A DNA stretch of 64,000 nucleotides from Felis catus (lineage: Eukaryota), in contig NC_058368.1 in assembly GCF_018350175.1 (NCBI RefSeq), forward strand, positions 8,494,001-8,558,000. Direction: 5' to 3'. Position 1 is the first letter of the stretch. Each line of letters starts with the position of its first letter. A model generated the notes under the pieces. The model saw only the letters and a program-made list of their open reading frames with translations, did no database searches and was not told the origin of the DNA. Position numbers and translations under genes: made by a program. Positions 59,806 to 64,000 of this stretch are shown piece by piece.

Positions 59806-61119
59806 GAGACCTTCCTACGGTCCAGCGCCGACCACGTCCCTCTTCGTCTGTCCACGAGTCCGGACCGGCCCATAATCCTGCCCCTGCTCAGCAGGTGCAG
59901 GCAGGTGCCACCCCCTGAAGCTCTCTGCACGCACTTGTTTGCCCTCACCATGCTTCTGCTCGTGTGGTTTCCTCTAGGCTTTCTGTATTATCTTACTAGT
60001 TGTGTAACACTGTGAAACATTGTGAATATAGAAAAATATAGAAAAGGAATGCATAATACTTCTGTATTTTTAGCAGCCAGCCAGAGTTGCTATTACGGGG
60101 TTTTTTTGTTTTCGTTTTCTTCCAGTGTGATTTTTTTCTGTCCATTTTCCGATAGTTGAAATGATGCTGAATGTGACTTGTGTTTCTTTCTACTAATATC
60201 GTATTGTAGGCATTTCCTAGGCCATTGGTGTTTCAGAAATATTTTGGTGGCAGCGTAATATTCTGCTTTGTTCATTTATCCATTTATTCAACAAGTCTTG
60301 GGTGCTTATTTCGTGCCAGAAGTTGTAAATTTAGAATTGCACTGGTGAACAAATCAGAGAGTTCCTCCCTTTATGCGTCTTACAGTCTAATGGATGAAAT
60401 AGACCAAAAAAAAAAAAAAAAAGCACAAAATAAATACATACCTGTAAGTATGAAAGCAAGGAATATACCGTTTTGAGAAATTACACCCAGAAGAATGATA
60501 TGCATGGGACAGAGGTACTGCAGGGACAGCCTCTTTGAGGAAGTGGGAAGAATGGGGGAAGGTGGGGAATAATGTCAGAACGTCCAATTCCTGGCAGTTG
60601 AGTTCTGCTTACTTACAACTGTTTCCAGTAATGTTGTGATTTGTGTCTTTGTGTATACTTATGCGTCTTCTTCCCTATTGTTTTCTTAGGATAGGTGATT
60701 TGAAGTGTAATGATTGGATAAAAGCATATCCAAACATTTTTTTTAAGGCCAAGGAATTTTCTAGAAAACCTGTAACAACGATTTTTTTCACTAGTGTTTC
60801 TTGGAAGTGCTTCTTCTTGCCATCCCCTTGCCAGTATTGAGAATTACCACCACTACGCCTCCCCCTTGCATTATTATTGCATTTCTTTTATTATCAGTGG
60901 AAGGGAACATTTTTAAAGCTATTTTCCATTATATTACTTCATGAATCATCATTTACTCAGGTAATTATTGTTGCATTATAATTTTTAAGTAGCTTTTCTT
61001 AATAGTTTTTTTTTTTTTTTACAAACACCTCTATAAAGGTCAAATTATGTTTGATTGTTCTCATGATAGATGTACATTGTGATGGGACTATCTGTTATTA
61101 TCAGACCTGCTGCAAGTTA

Positions 61120-62120
61120 ATTATGTGATTCAGTCCCTCACTCAAGAACTATTATTGAGGGACTGTTGCATGCAGCACGGTCCTAGGTGTGGGGGATAGA
61201 ACAGTGACAACAGACAAAAATCCTTGCCCCTGTGGAACTTGAGTTTTACAATGGGGGCAGCCATTTTTTTTTTTAATAATTGCAGATAATTTACATGGTC
61301 TGTTGGGAGAAATAGCTAGTACTGAAGGAAATGAAACTTTAGAGAAGGGGAATTACAATTTTCAATAGGGTAGTTGGAAAAGGCCTCTGAGAAGATCCTC
61401 AGACCCTTAAACCAGTCCCCAAAGGAGGTGAGGGAAGGAACCATGTGGCTGTCTGGGGTAGAGTATCCAGGCAGAGGGAGGAGCCTGTGTCCAGGCCTGA
61501 GGTGGCAAGAAGGCCAGGAGGCTAGAGCAGAGTGAGTAGGAGAGGAGGGAAGTGAGGGGGTTGGCCCTGTGTGTGTGTGTGGGGGGGGGGGTCTTGGGGG
61601 GTGGGAGGGATGTTGGGAGGGGGATGCTTAAGGCCTAAGAGCCATTATAAGGATTGGACTCTTATTTACCCTGAGTGAGAAAACCATTGGAGGCTTCGGA
61701 GTCAGGGCAGCGTGGTCTGGCTTTTGTGGACCCAGGATCTCTCTGAATCCCGTGTTGAAGGCACGCTCTACAAGGACAGAGGGTGACGCAGGGGGAACAG
61801 ACAGGAGGTGGCACAGTGGTCCAGGCAGTGACGGGGCACAGTGAGAAGGTAGAGCACAACGGGGTTCCTGACTGACTGCACACAGGAGGTGAGAGAAAAA
61901 GCGCAGTGTAAGGTGACTCCTGGGGAGCGGAGTTGCCATTCGGAGAGTGGGATTGAAGCTGGTGAGGAAGGGGAGGGTGGGAGCTAATTCAGGGCGTGTT
62001 GTGGTTGACAAGCGTTTCGCCATCCTAGACCCTAAAGCATTGCATCTAGGAGGCCAGCGTTGAGAGGACAGGACCGGCTGGAGATGCCAAAGTGTTCGTT
62101 TGTCCGTGGATGGATGGTGG
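61120..62120 (+). mobile_element. L2 fragment
   Basis: cctaggtgtggggga..acagtgacaacagacaaaaatccttgccc; gactcttatttaccctgagtgaga..ccattggagg. Confidence 0.65.
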
Positions 62121-62242
62121 GCAAAGCCTGACGCTCCCTCTGCTGGGCCGCCACTCTCCGGTGCCATCTCACCTTCACCTTCCCAGGTGACTTAAACACT
62201 TGATGTGGGTTTGAATTATGCGCTTTGAAATAGCAGGATCTA

Positions 62243-62466
62243 GGGCCGCCTGGGTGGCTCAGTCGGGTAAGCGGCCGACTTCGGCTCAGGTCATGATCTT
62301 GCGGTCTCTGGGTTCGAGCCCCGCATCGGGCTCTGTGCTGACGGCTCAGAGCCTGGAGCCTGTTTCAGATTCTGTGTCTCCCTCTCTCTGACCCTCCCCT
62401 GTTCATGTTCTGTCTCTCTCTGTCTCAAAAATAAATAAAAACATTAAAGAAAAAACTAAAAAAAAA
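62243..62466 (+). mobile_element. Can-SINE with TSD
   Basis: TSD gaaat(a/t)gca(g/t)gatcta. Confidence 0.93.
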
Positions 62467-63191
62467 GAAATTGCATGATCTAACATATTAATGGTTTTAC
62501 TTCACACATAAAATTTGGAAAAACTGAAAAGTGCTAAAAAATAAACTTAGTTGAGATTTATCTAACAACAGTCAAGTTTTGAGGCATGAAAGGTCTTTAA
62601 GAATGTACCAGTGGCACAAAAATACAACTACCGGGAAGAGAGACAGGCATTCTGAGTTCCCTCTGACGATGACTTATTTGTGTTCACACATTTGTGGTGA
62701 GGGTGACACTTCCTCAGAGGTCAGCTCGGCCTCCAGAAGTGCACATACCTACAAGGGACTCTTCCGTCCCAGCTCCTTCAAGACTCCAGTCCTTTCTCAT
62801 GGGCATCTGGTCTTAATTTAGAGAGATTGTGTCCGCATGGGTCATCATTAGGGACCCAACAAAGCCTTGGGACAACGTTGAGTGTCACTCCTATGGGACA
62901 CTGAAAATGTGAAATCCTTTCTTAGTGCTGTTGGGAGGACCGCCCAGCATAGGCTCAGGGACAGACAGTGAGGAGTTCTTGCTCCAGAGCTTTTGGGGGA
63001 TGGCTGTGTTCCCATTGGCCCCGGAGCCCCGGAGCCAGGCCGGTGGCCCTTTGCTTGGCCTAGCTGGCTTATTCCAGGCAGCAGGCCCTCTCCCGTCTTG
63101 GGCAACTTGGCTAGAGTCCCCCCCCCCCCCCCCCCCGCCCCCAGGCTACCAGGACCTGCTCTGGCAATATGCCTGATTGCTTTTTCCCCCC

Positions 63192-63408
63192 AATGTTTAG
63201 TTTTGAGAGAGAGAGAGAGAGAGAGGAAGACACAAATAGCGAATGAGAGAGGGACAGAGAGAGAGAGAGGGAGACACAGAATCCGAAGGGGGCTCCAGGG
63301 TCTGAGCTGTCAGTGCAGAGCTGGACACGGGGTTCGAACTCACGAACCTCAAGATCATGACCTGAGCCGAAGTTGGTTGCTTAACTGACTGAGCCACCCA
63401 CGTGCCCC
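63192..63408 (-). mobile_element. Can-SINE
   Basis: Reverse head ctgagccacccacgtgcccc. Confidence 0.9.
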
Positions 63409-63963
63409 ACCCCCAATTATTTCTTTTCTTTCTGCAAAAATCCTTCCATCTTTCTTCATGTTTTCCTAGGAGATACTCCCCTTTACATCAAACACAATCT
63501 TTTTTTTTTCTTTAATTTCATGAGGGTCCATTAAATGCAGAACCAAAGTCATGATCCAGTAAAAAACTGTTAATAGTATCTCTTCATTTGAGGGCTAGGA
63601 GGGCTTACCCGTCAGACTCTCCCAGGAAATGAAGGGAAATATCTGCATACCATCCTTCTGGAGGAAAAAGGACAAAGAAAAGCCAGACAGCTAGGATACC
63701 ACATTAAAGCGGTCTGAATGCTCACTCCTGCCATGACTTCCTGCTGACCACCTCGGTAGGGAGTCTCTCGGTTTGTTCCTTCACTGCAAAAAGTCTTCCA
63801 GCTGGGGAGAGTGTGGTTCACCCAACACTATAATTCACAGGGCTGTGGAGAAAAAGAAAACGTATTCATTTATTCAGTAATCCCTGGACGCACATTTACT
63901 ATGTGTCATCCCAGATCACAAAAGTAAACACGGACAGATCTGTCTACGTTAAAAGTGTCTTCT

Positions 63964-64000
63964 GGGGCGCCTGGGTGACTCAGTCGGTGGAGCGACCGAC
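63964..64000 (+). mobile_element. Can-SINE head (cut by window end)
   Basis: ggggcgcctgggtgactcagtcgg. Confidence 0.85.

Noticed and set aside
61555..61625. G-quadruplex-capable G runs (also 19495, 27005, 63118)
   Set aside because: Common low-complexity tracts, some inside old repeats; homopolymer lengths are unreliable and there is no sign of function.

Overview
Mammalian genomic DNA, most likely from a felid or feliform carnivore. The evidence is about 33 tRNA-derived Can-SINEs (several of young SINEC_Fc type) plus carnivore L1s. The window lies inside the MTUS2 gene (TIP150/CAZIP, + strand). It contains the ~2.45-kb first coding exon (49029-51479, ATG 49272) and the next 241-nt exon (58888-59128). 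The rest is inferred intron, filled with SINEs, L1/L2/MIR/CR1 fragments, MLT LTRs, DNA transposon fossils, microsatellites and two VNTRs. I see no prokaryotic-type system (no CRISPR array, no operon) and no convincing new protein-coding gene. The most interesting non-routine signals are: a near-perfect 14x43-bp VNTR carrying 14 consensus ETS sites and palindromes; uORFs ahead of the MTUS2 ATG; several template-switch/duplication scars; a twin-primed inverted L1; nested retroelements; and inverted SINE pairs around the exons. Repeat family names and human MTUS2 comparisons come from recall, not from a database search. Boundaries of old repeats are approximate.
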